A DNA stretch of 64,000 nt, taken from positions 6,820,001-6,884,000 of the forward strand of contig OZ024756.1 in NCBI GenBank assembly GCA_964016885.1, in the 5' to 3' direction. Within the stretch, counting starts at the first letter, position 1. The number at the start of each line of letters is the position of its first letter. The notes below the pieces were generated by a model. That model made no database searches, was not told the DNA's origin, and was given only the letters and a program-made list of their open reading frames with translations. The DNA is from Eledone cirrhosa (Eukaryota). The position numbers and the translations under genes were made by a program. Shown here one piece after another: positions 28,754-43,420 of the stretch.

Positions 28754-28992
28754 AGTAAAAATTAGCGAGAATCGAATTTCAGCTTATGAAATAACGAAAA
28801 AACACTTTCGAATTGTGAGGCAAGCACTCAATAATTCAAAAGAATTAGAACTTACGTTAAAGGCCAAACACACTGAGATGGTGGTTAAACTAATTATCCA
28901 CACAGCGAAGATTCGATCTACTATTTCGGGTCAAACAGATATACAGATATAAAAATACATGAAAGCATAAATGTTTTATATATATTTATATA

Positions 28993-29550
28993 TACAATAT
29001 ATTAACAAATGGAAACTATATTTATAAAACCATATTTATTTCATTATACATATTTCAAGGACACCAAAGCAAATTATGGTGCGCTTTCATCAGATAAAAT
29101 ATAATATAGATCAGTTTTATAAACAAGTATTGACATACCCTTAAAGAATGCGACCATGTCGGTTGGAAGCTGCCAGTACATTTAAATTAAGCCGTTGGCT
29201 TAATTTAAATGTACTGGGATTTAAACCTCTCCGAGACTAATTTGCATAATAAACCAATTATAAAATTAGTAACCCCACTATCCGGGAGCTTCCAACCGAC
29301 ATGGTGGCACTCTTTAAGGGTATGTCAATATTTGTTTATAAAACTGATCTATATTATATTTTATGTGATGAAAGCGCACCATAATTTGCTTTGGTGTCCT
29401 TGAAATATGTATAATGAAATAAATATGGTTTTATAAATATAGTTTCCATTCGTTAATATATTGTATTTTTACTCCAATAATTTGTTGAGTGCTTTTATCA
29501 GTTATAAAAATATTTGCTTGTTGTATCCCAACAAATTAAATATAACTTCT
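28993..29550 (+). mobile_element. Family G palindrome + tail
   Basis: Inverted arms ending near 29465; left-arm hammerhead intact, right-arm core mutated to GTGATGA. Confidence 0.85.
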
Positions 29551-29634
<84 letters not shown>

Positions 29635-29681
29635 ACACATATATATATATAAAATCAAAAGATGCTTAAAAGTGTTCCATG

Positions 29682-29752
29682 TATTTTATTATGCGCATTT
29701 CAAAAACAAATATCATCATGGGATGATATTTGCGTTCTCATCAGATAAAATA
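29682..29752 (-). ncRNA. Type I hammerhead ribozyme (second copy 39850-39920)
   Basis: tattttat CTGATGA gaacgcaaatatcatc..gatgatatttgttttt GAAA tgcgc ATA ataaaata. Confidence 0.8.
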
Positions 29753-29852
29753 GGGAGACATGATATGAAGCTTAAAAACACTTGCGAGCAGTGAAGGGTT
29801 AAATCAATATATATATATATATATATATAAATATTTATATATATATATATAT

Positions 29853-30625
29853 ACGGGGTAACAGATGATTGTTATGGGTAGTCCACTTAAGTGTAGTCCA
29901 GTTATGGTACTCCGGGTAGTGGATGATATCAACGCTTGGCTAAGTTTGACTCAACAAGGCGTTTCCATAGTGATGTTGCGAGTAGGCTGTAATTCCTATG
30001 TTGTAAACACTTGGAGTAATGATAAATCAGGAAAGAAGAGTGACACGGTTTGCTATACAAAAAAGGTTTTTAATCTCATTGCTGACAATTGTTTCTCTGA
30101 ACTGGTAGGTCTAGAGATCGCTACCCGCTTGTTTTCACGTTATTCGATCACCAATACAAAGTTATAAGCAGTCAATTCATCGGAGCTTGTGAGAATGAAA
30201 GGAATATACAGGCATGGCTACTATATATAGTAGTAATGGCATTCAATCAGAACAATAACAACAATAACAACAATACTGACAATGCTCAGCTAGTTTTACA
30301 CGCTAAAATCGTAGATATACTATATTTCCCACCTAGATTGATGTTGTGATTATTTCAAATAATTTATTGCTAGCATTGTTAGTATTCTTGTTATCGTTCT
30401 GATTGAATGCCATTACTACTATATATAGTAGCCATGCCTGTATATTCCTTTCATTCTCACAAGCTCCGATGAATTGACTGGTTATAACTTCGTATTGGTG
30501 ATCGAATAACGTGAAAACAAGCGGGTAGCGATCTCTAGACCTACCAATTCTAAACAATTGTCAGCAATGAGATTGAAAACCTTTTTTGTATAGCAAACCG
30601 TGTCACTCTTCTTTCCTGATTTTTA
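29853..30625 (-). mobile_element. Palindrome (30022-30623) + left tail, PLE-like, with a variant CCGATGA...GAAAC-AATT-GTC motif
   Basis: Inverted arms; family shared with 3835 and 236-887. Confidence 0.8.
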
Positions 30626-31091
30626 TATATATATATATATATATATACTTGGGGAGGGTCATATTGTTGTAATAATATTGTCAGATATAATAACAGAACA
30701 CACTCAATGTTATGTTGGTTTTCGTTTCTGTATCTTTTATATATTCATAGTTAATTCATTTGGTCATCAATGTTTATCACTGAATGACCAATGGTCAAAA
30801 ATACAGATATAAATACATATATATATTCTAACAAAGTTCTTTCGTTGCACATCTGCAACATCATCTATATCTCTCTATCTATCTATCTTGATAGAGTAAG
30901 ACACGCTTCACATCGGCTCCGCTATTCCATCGGGATTTACCCTTACTATAGTAAGTACCAAATAAACTTTTCAGTGCAACACATTTGGAACACTAACCCC
31001 TGTTATTTAGGGAAGCATTTTTGCATTTACCCCCTTTTTAGGGGGTAAAATAAATATCTATTTTTTGCCGAAAAATTTCTTTCTTGGCAGC

Positions 31092-32917
31092 ATGGCGGAA
31101 AAGATGGCAGACATGTCTGCCATTAGCTCTGCCACGCCCCCCAAGTCTGAAGAACAAAAAATAATTACAACAAAATTAGACAACGAAACAAACAAGGAAA
31201 ATGAAAAAACAAATGTTAAGAAAAATGAGCAAACGGAAAACAAACAAACAGAAAATAATACAAATAACAACAGGGCAACATTCGCCCAGAAAACAAAACA
31301 ATCCATAACATACACACCAATTGACTTAACTGCCGCCAGAGAAAAACTGGCCGAAGCGAAAAAACAAATAGTCTTGGGGGAGAACGGAATGTTTTCCATT
31401 AACCCCCCCCCCCCCCAGAATTCAAGAAAGCCAGAACAGAGAGCACAGTTCTCTTCAGAACTATATTGAACCAAACAAGAAAGCCAGCACAGCCCAGCCA
31501 AATGGAAATAGAGTTGGTCCTAAAAGACTATATGAAGAATATTCTCTTCATACGAAAGGACCGACTCTATGGCAGCATTTCGGTCTTAACAAAAGACAAG
31601 GAAACGGCGGAGAAGCTTTCCCTAAGCCCACTCTCATCGACAACATACAGCTTCTATCCCTCCTACATGGGTAGAAGAACACAGAGAGTAAAAGTAAAAA
31701 CAATGCTGCCCACAATGGACTTCTGGTGGGCTATTGCTGGCTTCATAGACATGGGCGAAGACACAATGCTGTCAATGGGGAAGGCAACTGGAGCTGCGTT
31801 CCTGGGAATGGGCCTCGACATACTAGTCCAAATGAGGCCCGAAAGAATAGCACAAATCCCGGATCGCATCTGGCTGGATGACCTCACCCCTATAGATATA
31901 ATTGTAGAGGGGAGAAGACCAGCATGCTATTTATGCACGGAAAGGGGACACGTTAAGGCTAACTGCCCGAAACGTATCCCCCAAAAAGGACTATTGCCCA
32001 CACCCACCACAAACAGTACACCAACACCACCCACCTCCAAAAATACACTAATACCACACACAGCAAACAAAATACAGACACCACCAACCACAAACACAAC
32101 ACAAACATCACCACCACCAAACACAAGCACGACACAAAAATCACCACCACCAACCACAACACAAACATCACCACCACCAATCACAAGCACGACACAAACA
32201 TTACCACCACCACCACCACCACAAAACCCATTCCAAACAAATAATTAAAAAAACAGTAACAAATCTACCCCTCCCGCAAAAAAAAAACAACCACACAACA
32301 CGTCCCTCCCACCTAGCGCTGAAGAGTTTCCCCCAACTTCTGAAGAAGAAGGAGGAGAAGCCTTCAGACAAGTTAAAAGAAAACACACACCCAGCACACC
32401 ACAAATAACCCACACACAAACACCAACTCCAATCAAAAACACCCCACCCTCAACAAACAAAAATAAATCTGCGCCTCCCCTCTCCGAAACATTGACAGCA
32501 TCACAAAAAAAGACCTTGCAATACACATATATAAATAAAGAAAACAAAAAACTGGTTAAATTAATAAACAATAACCCTATGGTGCAGACCGAAGGGCCAA
32601 ACTTTATCTCAACAGAGAACTTCACCCATTTAAAAATGATAAAGGTCCCTCTGGACCTTTATCGTTCCTTAAAAGAACAATTTAGATGGGACGTGACCCC
32701 CCCCCCCTGTTTAAAACCGTTAAATCGCGTCCTCTTGAAAGATTTCCCCATAACCGCCCCTCTCCCTGACACAACTCCAAATACCCCAACCCCGCCACAC
32801 ACGGGTACCCCCACACCACCACAAAACATCCCTCCACCCAACACACCTGATGCCATCGAAATTACACAACCCGGAGAGGTAGGTGCTTTTCTTTCTTCAC
32901 TTTCAACACCAAAATAG
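31092..32917 (+). pseudogene. ORF1 gag-like protein with CCHC knuckle, frameshifted
   Basis: GRRPACYLCTERGHVKANCP; Pro/Thr-rich C-terminus; split over frames. Confidence 0.82.
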
Positions 32918-35900
32918 ATCAATTGAGAGTTGGCTGTTTGAACGCGCGTGGCCTGGGCTCAGCTTGGAAGCAAGCAAAGCTTCTAAGTGACCTCAGGTCA
33001 CAAAGTATAGATGTGATGGTTGTTTGCGAGAGTCGGATCAGCAGCGTGAGACAGCTGGCGCCCGCCTTCGATGACTTTGAGATGCACGCATCTCTCTGTC
33101 AACCCGGAGGCAGGGGAGGGGGGGGGGGGTGTTGCCGTACTGCTGGATAAACGTCTGGCTCTCGACGTACAGATTGTTCACTAGGACCCGGGGGGTGGAT
33201 TACTGGTGCTGGACGTCGGAGGCGGTGAAGGCGGGGCTTTCAGACTGGTCGGTCTTTATGCCCCCTTCGGGGCGGAAAGAGCCGACTTCTTCCAGCGTCT
33301 GGAGACTTTTCTAGGAACGTCGCGTTCCCTGCTTTTAGTGGGGGACTGGAATGGAATCCTAGATGCGCGTTGGGACTATGCAGGGGCATGTCCCGATAGA
33401 GGGGGGTGTAGCAGCCTCAAGGGGTTACTCGATCGATTCGACCTGGTCGATAAATTTCGACTAGATTGTCCAACTGCGCCAACCTGGACCTGGGAAAACC
33501 GCAGTGGACAATGTAGATCGTACCTAGATAGGTTTTTGGTGGTTAGGAGTAAGGATAGGGACGTATTTAGTTGTCCAGAACTGATCATGGTTGGCTATTC
33601 AGATCACAAATTAGTGACCTGCGTGGTCAACCTTGATAGAACGCATAGACAGGGTCCCGGTTACTGGAAGATGAACTTGTCCTTGCCGGCAAAGAAAGAT
33701 TACAGGAACCGGATTAGTAGCTTAGTTAAGATGCGGTTGACGGGAGCGATCGTCAACAGCAGGTGGTGGGTATCTCTAAAGAGAGAGATTAGAGTAAGTT
33801 CGATAGGTTACAGTAAGGAACTAGCGGCAAATAGAAATAGGAAGGAAAGGGAGTTAACAGATAAACTAGAAGAGGCGATTAGGAGCGGAGACGTGGCCAG
33901 AGTGTTAGCGGCGAGAACGGCGTTGAGCCAGTTCTTTGACGCGAAGCACGAAGGCTGCGTTGTCCGAAGTAAAATACGTGCTTTAGGAAACGAGGGGACC
34001 AAAGCTGTTAGCTGGGCCCGCGTGACAGAAGCCAAGAGTGGGATTAAATCCACCATTCGGTCTTTGCGAGACCAGGATGGACGGGTGATCCTTGAACCTG
34101 AGCGGATGTGCGAGGCCTTTCATAGGCACTTTGTTCGACTGTTCGGAGGGGGCGGGGGGCCGGACGGGGATGTGGACTTCGGTCCATACCTCGACGGTCT
34201 ACCGCGTCTTTCGAGAGGCGAAGCGGAGTGCTGCGAAAGGCCAATCACGGCCACTGAAATCGGGGAAGCGCTCAGCCAATGCAGCAGACGATAATCTCCG
34301 GGTCTCGATGGTCTACCATACGAACTTTATTTAGCTATGCCGGTCTTGTTCTCCGAAATCCTCGAGGCTGTCTATTGCAACTGGCAACAGAACGGGAGAA
34401 TTCCCTGTTCTGTGACCAAGGGCGTGGTCACGATAGTGAGGAAGGACGAGAGCAAAGGGGACGACTTAAGTAACTTTAGGCCCATAACTCTGCTAAATGC
34501 AGAGTTACAGATTTTGGCCAAGGTGTTGGCGAAGAGGTTGGCGCTTGTGGTGGGTGGTTTGGTGGGAGACGCGCAGACATGCGCTATCCCGTTCAGGTCC
34601 ATTCACGACAACCTCCACCTCATGCGATACATCGTAGAGAGGGTTGGCAACGAACCCGGCTTTGGTGGGGCCCTGATCAACTTGGTTCAATCTAAGGCGT
34701 TCGATAGGGTCGACCATGGTTACCTGGATGCGGTGCTAGCGGCGGCGGGCTTCGGACCCGTTTTCAGGGGCTGGATTTCTGCCATGCACAGTGGCAACAT
34801 CTACTCTAGGATTAAAGTAAACGGCTACCTCTCGGAGCCGTTTCAAATCACCCGGTCCATCAGACAGGGGTGCCCCCTCTCCTCCCTTCTGTACGTATTG
34901 ACTCTCGAGCCACGGCTGCGGAAGTTGGAGTTGCTGCGGGGCATACCCCTGGGACCGGGATTGCACAAAACGGTCTCGGCCTATGCCGACGACGTAACAG
35001 TAATGGTGGCGGACGCCTCGGAAATCGGGGCGATCGCCACCCTACTGGAGGAATACGAAAGGCTGACGGGGGCTAAGCTGAACCAGGACAAGTCAGTCGG
35101 TTTGCAACTCGGAACGTGGAGGGGCAAACCGATGCCGTTAGACGGTGTCGTCGGGCGGTGGACAGAGGGCCCGGTGAAGCTGCTCGGGGTCTGGTTCGGA
35201 CCGGACCTCCAGGTGGAGAAGAATTGGGGCGAGGTGACGAGCAGGGTGTTTGCGCTGACCCAGAAGTGGGCCAAGTGCAAACTATCACTGAAAGGTCGGG
35301 CGGAGGTGACGAACGCTTACATAGCGTCTGTCATCTACTACTGCCAGACCGTCGTGCCTTGCCCCAAGGAAAAGCTCACCATCATGGAACGCATGCTCTT
35401 CCAGTTCCTCTGGAAGAAGCGGCCTCCCATGGTGAGGAGATCCATCTGCTGCCAGCACCCTTCGAAAGGAGGGCTGGGTATGCCGTGGCTGTTGATGCGT
35501 AGGCACGCATTGAGGCTACGGCATCTACAGGTATTCCTCAACGGTCAGCCGGTGTGGGCCCCGTTTGTGAGGCGAGCCTTCCCACAGCTCGTCTCGCTCA
35601 CCGAACTGCAATCCTGGGTGAAGCAAAGACCGAGAAAACTGAGCAACTGGCACACCGAGTGTGCCCAGGCGCTCACGGCTATCTGGCAAGCGGACCCGAC
35701 TGTCAGTGGAGAATCCACCTCGACATTCTATAGAGGGTTGGTGGCTAGCAAGGGCGACGATACCCTTGGAGAGTCGCTAGGCATGGAGGAGGACGAACTG
35801 GCCAGCCTGTTCGGCAGAACTTTCGGCCCGGGACCCATGGACAACTTCCAGAGGTCCCTAGCCTGGCAGTGTTACCGGGGGGCTCTGCCCGTTCGAGAAA

Positions 35901-36364
35901 AGCTCTACAGACACGGGCGCCCGGGGAGGGATCCCGCGAAAAAGATCTGTCCCAGATGCGTGCGCGACGAGGAAACGGTTGCGCATGCACTGGTACACTG
36001 CCCGGGAGTTGCCGATCTGTGGGGCTACGTCGAACGACTGCTGTCGCGTGTGGCGCCGATTCGATTAACCGCCGAGTCTGTGGTGAACATCAAGCCGCCT
36101 CCTCTCTTTAGAAATGAAGCAGAGGCGGTCTTTCTGTGCGTAATAGCCATGATGATAGAGGTTGTGTGGTGGACGCGCCTGAAAGGTCTGTGGTCGGGTG
36201 ACTTTCTCTCCGGCCATCACCTGGTTTACTTCTTCCGATACCACTTCGGAAGAAGGATCAGGATGGAGAGAGAAGTGCTTGGCCCCAGACAGTTTTATGA
36301 AAGGTGGGTGAAAGAAGCGAGAATGGCCCGTGTAAATGGGCCTTCTCTCTACATTGTTCTGTAG
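32914..36364 (+). pseudogene. ORF2 APE endonuclease, reverse transcriptase and C-terminal zinc finger, two frameshifts
   Basis: LNARGL, GDWN, SYLDRFLV, SDHKLV, WKMN, NFRPITLLN, KAFDRVDH, RQGCPLS, AYADD, CPRC...HALVHC. Confidence 0.92.
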
Positions 36365-36598
36365 GTGAAGAAGTGAAGAGGAAAGGGGGAGCGCCTCCTC
36401 TCTGGGCTTCCCCCGCGAAAAGAGTTGCACACTTTTCGGGGGTATGTGCAATCCCCAACACGCCCCCTCACTTTTGAGGACTTTTTATTGTTATATTATT
36501 ATTGTTATTCCTTTTTTCTTTACTCGATTTATGTAAACTCCCCCACTGTGTAAATGTACCCTTCTTTTGTGCCCTCGTGGCAAATAAATAGAAATCTA

Positions 36599-36667
<69 letters not shown>

Positions 36668-36669
<2 letters not shown>

Positions 36670-36862
36670 CGAAGGAAACGTTGTAAGGAACCAGATGGAC
36701 CATAGCGCACCAAAGTACTCAATACGTAGGGTAGTAGAGTGGGTAATAGGCCCCCTACGGCTGAGCTCAGGCCGTTTCTACGGCTAATTCTGGACTAAAA
36801 TTTGAGTCCGGAATTAGCCGTCGAAACGGCTTGAGCTCAGCCGTAGGGGGCCTACTCGTTCC
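36668..36862 (-). mobile_element. Short palindrome + tail family V (copies 37253-37430, 62075-62240; fragments 16700-16760, 42235-42300, 54510-54555, 61950-62030)
   Basis: Shared ggaaccagatggaccat..agtactcaat tail; GAAAC-ggct..agcc-GTA/GTC hammerhead 3' half. Confidence 0.78.
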
Positions 36863-36894
36863 TATATATATATATATATATATATATATAACAA

Positions 36895-37176
36895 GTCTAA
36901 AGTCTGCCTTGAGCCAGAAGGCTCATTTGGGAGGTGCTTATCCCGGTTTCATGGCGTGAAGCGACCGAGAGTACAAGACTCCCCCTGGACAGGACGCCAG
37001 TCCATCGCAGGATTAAACCTCCAGCTATTGTTGGTACTCATTTTCAGCTGAAGAAACTGGAGCATCGTGAAATAAAGTGTCTTTCTCAAGGAAGCAATAC
37101 ATCACCGGTCCGAGAATTGAACTCACAACCTTTCGATTGCAAGCCTACTGATCTAACCACGAAGCCATGCGCCTTC
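36895..37176 (-). mobile_element. tRNA-derived SINE (family B)
   Basis: A box tggcttcgtggtta, B box gagttcaattc, ccttgagaaagacacttt, ctgcgatggactggcgtcctgtccaggg. Confidence 0.88.
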
Positions 37177-37214
<38 letters not shown>

Positions 37215-37427
37215 GAACACACACACACACATATATATATATATATGTATATAAGAAAGGAATTGTGGTAAGGAACCAGATGGACCATTAACGCACTAGA
37301 GTACTCAATACCTAGGGTAGTAGAATGGGAAATAGGAAAATGTATGACCCCGACGGCAGAGCTAAACCCGTCTCGACGGCTTAGCCATCGAAACGGCTTG
37401 AACTCTGCCGTCGGTGTCATACGTTTT

Positions 37428-37496
<69 letters not shown>

Positions 37497-37540
37497 GTAT
37501 ATATAAGAAGAAATTAAAAGATGGTTAAACAAGTTCATAT

Positions 37541-38148
37541 GTCAGGTCACCAGTTGGTGCTACTGGTAACATGTATCCCAGTACAACCTGTCCCATGGTC
37601 GGGTCGTTGGCGACTAAACTGGCAACCCCACCAAGGTTTCTTGGTGAGGAGGGTGACTTTGGACATCCTGCAGGACTAAAAACAAAACCTGTCAAAGGGC
37701 AAAGGAGCTCTTAAGAGTCAATAGCCATCCAAAATCACCGGGAGAGATGACCCCTTAGCCTTTGTCAAGGCAGAATTCTAGGAGAAGGAAAACTCTGATA
37801 TAACACCTGCAACCCTGATGGTATCCAATGATGTTGACTTGTTCTTCTTTTTGGTAAATATCATCTTGGTTAAGAGAGTGGGACTGGCTTTGTGCAGTGC
37901 CTTGGCTCACTATAAAAGCTTCACGGCACAGGCATTGCTTTATATCTGGAGATCTCTCTGCACTTGTCGTCACATGGTACCATGGGCCCAGCACTATGTG
38001 TCAGTATTTGTCACAGGTGTAGTGTTTGTACCAGAGTTCTCAAGTCGCTGGCTGGACTAAAAAGTCACACGCGTTCAGCGCATCGGTAGGGGTTCTCCTA
38101 CATGGATATAAAGTAGTGGCCGTACTCGAAAACGAGTTGGCAGCCACC
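37541..38148 (+). mobile_element. About 600-bp interspersed repeat resembling an RTE 5' region (copies 39343-39752 and 46510-47075)
   Basis: Three highly similar copies with a common right end (gagttggcagccacca); tctaggagaaggaaaactctga motif recalled from RTE 5'UTRs. Confidence 0.7.
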
Positions 38149-39342
38149 ATGTATATATATATGTGTATGTATGTGTGTATATATATATATGTATGTATGT
38201 GTGTATGTATATGTATGTATGTATATGTGTATATATATATATGTATGTATATGTGTATATATGTGTATGTATGTATGTGTGTATATATGTATATGTATGT
38301 ATGTGTGTATATGTATATATGAATGTATGTGTGTATGCATATGTATGTATGTGTGTATATATATATATGTATGTATGTGTGTATACATATGTATGTATGT
38401 GTGTATATATGTATATGTATGTATATGTGTATACATGTGTATGTATATGTGTATATGTATGTGTGTATATGTGTATATATGTATATGTGTATGTATGTGT
38501 GTATATGTATATATATGTGTATGTATGTGTATATATGTATGTATGTGTGTATATGTATGTATGTATGTATGTGTGTATATATATGTATGTATATGTGTAT
38601 ATATATATATGTATGTATGTATATATATATATATGTATGTATGTATGTATGTGTGTGTTTATGTGTATATATATATGTATGTATATGTGTATATATATGT
38701 ATGTATGTATGTATATGTATATGTATGTATGTATGTGTGTATGTATGTATATGTGTATGTATATGTGTATATAAATATGTATGTATGTATGTATGTGTAT
38801 GTGTAAGTATATATGTATGTATGTATATATATGTATAAGTATATATGTATGTATGTATATGTATGTATATATGTATGTATATGTGTATGTATATGTATAT
38901 ATATGTATGTATGTGTGTATGTATGTATGTATGTATGTATATATGTGTGTATGTATGTATGTGTATATGTATGTATATATATATATGTATAAGTGTATAT
39001 GTATGTATGTATGTATATGTGTATATTTGTGAATATATATGTATGTATGTATGTATATATATATATTTGTGAATGTATATGTATGTATGTATGTATATGT
39101 GTGTATTTATAAGTATATATGTATGTATGTATATATGTATATTTGTGAATATATGTGTATGTATGTATGTATATGTGTATATTTGTGAATATGTATGTAT
39201 GTATGTATATATATGTATTTGTAAATGTATATGTATGTATATATGTATATATATGTATATATGTGTGTATTTATGAATGTATGTGTATGTATATATATAT
39301 GTTTATAAGTATGTATGTATGTATGTATATATGTATATATAT
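38149..39342. repeat. Degenerate (TATG/TA/TG)n microsatellite
   Basis: Direct inspection. Confidence 0.95.
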
Positions 39343-39752
39343 GGGGCAAAGGAGCTCTTAAGAGTCAATGGCCATCCAAAATCAACGGGAGAGATGACCC
39401 CTTAGCCTTTGTCAAGGCAGAATTCTAGGAGATGGAAAACTCTGATATAACACCTGCAACTCTGATGGTATCCAATGATGTTGACTTGTTCTTCTTTTTG
39501 GTAAATATCATCTTGGTTAAGAGAGTGGGACTGGCTTTGTGCAGTGCCTTTGCTCACTATAAAAGCTTCACGGCACAGGCATTGCTTTATATCTGGAGAT
39601 CGCTCTGCACTTGTTGTCACATGGTACTATGGGCTCAGCACTGTGTCAATACTTGTCACAAGTGTAGTGTTTGTGCCAGAGTGCATCGGTAGGGGTTCTC
39701 CTACATGGATATAAAGTGGTGGCCGTACTCGAAAACGAGTTGGCAGCCACCA

Positions 39753-39805
<53 letters not shown>

Positions 39806-40006
39806 GTATATATAAGAAGAAATTAAAAGATGGTTAAACAAGTTCCATGTATTTTATTATGCGCATTTCAAAAACAAATATCGTCCTGGGACGATATTTG
39901 CGTTCTCATCAGACAAAATAAGGAGACATGATATGATGCTTAATAAAAACACTTGTGAACAAGGTAGTGTCTAATCAACATATATTATATATATATATGT
40001 CCATTA

Positions 40007-40044
40007 CGAGCTGAGGATCCGCTAAGGTGAAACCATTGTTCTCG
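40007..40044 (+). ncRNA. Very small hammerhead motif in a repeat family (copies 54439-54476 and 60739-60776)
   Basis: cgag CTGAGGA t-cc-gctaa-gg-t GAAAC (a/c)att GTT ctcg. Confidence 0.7.
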
Positions 40045-40139
40045 GTATGGTGAACTAACTGTTGTGTAACCACTTCTACCTAACTCGTCCCATGGACTGA
40101 GTGCTCTACCACTACGGATATTACCTTCCAGTGTTCTAC

Positions 40140-40177
<38 letters not shown>

Positions 40178-40263
40178 CAAAATATTAACAAATGAAAAAT
40201 ATTCTCATAATCAAAATATATACTTTATTATATATAGTTCAAAGGTACTTTACAGTACGTCCT

Positions 40264-40358
<95 letters not shown>

Positions 40359-40394
40359 TATACATACATATATATAATACATATACATATAATT

Positions 40395-40680
40395 TTACCA
40401 CCTTTCATGAGCTGCCTTCCTTGGTCAAAGTGGTTCCTAGGTACTTGGAATTCAACTTATGTATTTGGTCAAGTGAGAAAGAAGTGGAGTCCCTCTGGTC
40501 CTTTATTTATCAGGGGCACCGAATTTTGTGCGAGAATATATCCATTATTAGAGACCTGGCTTCACTGCTCCAAATAGATGGAGCTCCTTTAGACACAACC
40601 AAGATCTAGGTGCTGGTCTGAAAACTGGCACCAGATTAGTTCTACCAAGGAAGTACGTCACTGTGGGATTTGAGCTCGAA
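40395..40680 (-). mobile_element. Degenerate LINE (RTE-like) RT fragment
   Basis: Minus strand [13 protein letters not shown]. Confidence 0.5.
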
Positions 40681-40819
40681 GCTCAGACCCTCTCGTAATT
40701 CTATAGAAACGGCGCTATACATACACGCATACATACGTACACTTTATATATACACTCACACATATACGTATAAATATATATCTATGTGTTTGTGTTTGTC
40801 TGTATATATAGATATAGAT

Positions 40820-41668
<849 letters not shown>

Positions 41669-42099
41669 TGTAGACTGGTACATTACGAACTTAGCAATGG
41701 CGTGCACATTTTATACGGAATACTTTCAAATATATTTTATTGTATTAGCGATAATTTCTGTTGTAAGCAATTAATGTAATAAAATAGTAGGTATAAAATT
41801 GCAGAGGGGAACTGTAAACTTGAGCCGTTCTCAAACACTTCCTTCTTAACATTGTTAGTTTGATCGCTGAAATCCTATATACAGATGTCAACCCATTTGC
41901 TAGCTTTGAGTTGTTGAGTCATCCTTAGATAATTTATAGATTCATTTCCTATGTATGTGTGTGTCTGTGTCTACTGTGTGTGCTTGTATATGAATATGTA
42001 TATATATGTGTATATATATATATATATATACACATAAATATATATTTATGTATCTGTGTATGTGTGTTTGTGTATGATTTTATATATACATATTATACA

Positions 42100-42210
<111 letters not shown>

Positions 42211-42341
42211 ATGTATATATATATATACACATAATATGAAAAGCTTCAGGACTCCGACGGCTGAGCTCCGGCCCTTTCGACAGCTAGATCTGAACTAAAA
42301 TAATACGTATATCTATATATGTGCGTGTGTGTTTGTCTGTT

Positions 42342-42372
<31 letters not shown>

Positions 42373-42685
42373 GTGTGTGTGTATGCGTGTGTGTGTGTGC
42401 GCGTGTGTGCGTGTGTGTGTGTGTGTGGAGGTAATGTTTGTGCGCCTGCATTGGATCTCTGATGCAAGTGATACTGCATTAAAAAGCGCGTGTACTCTAA
42501 ATATAGTTACAGAGCCGGGCACTTGTTCTCGTTCTGAGTTGACCCTACGTCGAGGTTAATTTAGTCTTTCATGCTTACGGGGTTCATAAAATCATGTATC
42601 CGTCGAGCGGTGAGATCGATTTAATCGATTTACAAACAAGAAATAACTTCTTTAGGGGCAAAACTAGAATCTATTACTGTTGTTT

Positions 42686-42895
42686 GGATTGGCAGTATCG
42701 GTAGAGCGTCGGACAACATGCTTCGTACCACAGAGCTATGGCCCTTTACGTTCTGAGTTTAAATCATGACAAGGTTAGCATAGCCTTTTATCCTTACGGG
42801 ATCAATAACATAAAGTACCAGTAATGCATTGGGATCGATTTAAATCGACCTTTCTCTCCCCTTCAAATTGCTGGCCTTGTGCCAAATGTAGAAAA
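42686..42895 (+). mobile_element. tRNA-derived SINE (family A, diverged)
   Basis: ggattggcagtatcggtagagcgtcgg...gagtttaaatc. Confidence 0.85.
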
Positions 42896-43420
42896 CACTA
42901 CTGTTGTTAGAGTAATGTAGTTAAAACGAATCATTGTGAGAAGATGTAATATAACGACTGAGCTTTTTAAAGTCGATAGAGAGTGGTAGAATATACGAAG
43001 GCCAAATGATGGCAAATTAAACAAAACAATGTAATGTTTTGCCCAGTATATTTTACCATGATATTTCAGGTCTAATATCCTCTTTTCAGTTGCGAAGCTG
43101 AAAATGTTCAAGACAAAACAAACGAGCGATCAGAATTGTGTACTATTTCATTTTAGCATCTGAAAAGAGGATGAAAGCCCCGAAATATCTAGGTAAAATA
43201 TCATGTGTAAAAACATTTCTTCTTTGTTTTAATTTGTTTCATATATAATTATTTGCCCTTCGTATTTTCTATCGCATTGTACCAGCTTAAGAATAAATAT
43301 ATTGTTGTTATTTGTATCTGGTTTAAACCAGTGGTCGCCAACATTTCAGAACTCACGGACCACGAAATTCATAATTTTAAATCCCTCTGACCACTAATAT
43401 GAATTAATGGTCAATGGTCA

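Larger units (their letters stand above)
30886..36597 (+). mobile_element. Near full-length L1/Tx1-clade LINE
   Basis: 5'UTR, ORF1 with zinc knuckle, ORF2 APE-RT-zinc finger, AATAAA at the 3' end, (TCTA)/(TA) flanks. Confidence 0.93.

Noticed and set aside
37755-38060. 79-80-aa ORFs conserved in three places
   Set aside because: Conservation reflects repeat copies; no recognisable domain
42980-43275. Old palindrome with ctgaaaa...gaaa
   Set aside because: Too degenerate to call boundaries or a ribozyme
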